NCBI RefSeq assembly: GCF_947568905.1
Contig: NC_079166.1
Location: 55,552,001-55,616,000, forward strand
Source: Ostrea edulis
Taxonomy: Eukaryota
DNA: 64,000 nt
Direction: 5' to 3'
Shown piece after piece: positions 63,551 through 64,000 of the stretch; the stretch's first letter is position 1; the number at the start of each line of letters is the position of its first letter. The notes under the pieces were generated by a model that ran no database searches, had not been told where the DNA came from, and saw only the letters and a program-made list of their open reading frames with translations. Made by a program: the position numbers and the translations under genes.

Positions 63551-64000
63551 AGGGGCATGTACACGATTAATGTTTAGAATACTTAAGTAAGGTATTTCTA
63601 ATGGTCAACAAAAATTTGAATGTCAGTTGTCGATGTACATGGGAGATACAGAGCTCACAATTATTTGTTATTTAAACAAGTCTTGTGCAATGTTTTTGTT
63701 TACGTAGATTAGATATACTAGTAAAAGTTAGTTTAAAGTAGATTTTTCAATTTACGAGTTAATTCTGAACATGATTAAATATATTCTAGTGTTTAGTACA
63801 TCTCATTTTGTTTTAAACATGCTATTTTCTATTAAGCAATATATATGTAAACAAAAACATGGCACGAGCCTTGTTTACATACCAAACAATTGTGCTGTAT
63901 CTCACTTGTGACTCAAAAACGAATATTCAAATTTCGATTGACCATAAACAATAAAAATGGAAAAATAAAATTTGAGAAGTTTCATCTCAAATCGTGTCCA
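63551..64000. mobile_element. Kolobok-like non-autonomous DNA transposon, right end cut by the window
   Basis: TTAA then aggggcatgtacacgatt; window ends aatcgtgtcca, the start of the complementary terminal repeat. Confidence 0.55.

Overview
AT-rich eukaryotic DNA, most likely from an oyster-like bivalve; this is inferred from a ~166-bp Cg170-type satellite inside Helentron-type elements and from bivalve-style SINEs. The window is dominated by decayed mobile DNA and tandem arrays. It holds one clear host CDS, a TMEM45-family gene (40349-41227, minus strand, single coding exon), and a probable promoter and first exon of an unidentified plus-strand gene near 51.0 kb. Mobile elements with resolvable structure: (i) a Gypsy LTR element at 4741-9006 with a TTCA target-site duplication (TSD), a tRNA-His-like primer-binding site (PBS), gag and protease, but with RT/RH/IN replaced by unrelated DNA; (ii) a rearranged Gypsy remnant with polypurine tract (PPT) and 3' LTR at 24.0-25.2 kb; (iii) a near-complete PAT-like DIRS tyrosine-recombinase retrotransposon at 56887-61747 with A1-ORFs-B1-A2-B2 split direct repeats; (iv) several Penelope-like (Naiad-type) RT 3' fragments sharing a structured ~95-nt terminal motif; (v) Helentron-type non-autonomous elements, SINEs, MITEs, an RTE LINE tail and a PNMA-like gag relic. 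No prokaryotic system, CRISPR array or genuine tRNA/rRNA gene is supported. All alignments, translations and folds were done by eye, so boundaries are approximate unless a junction is stated.
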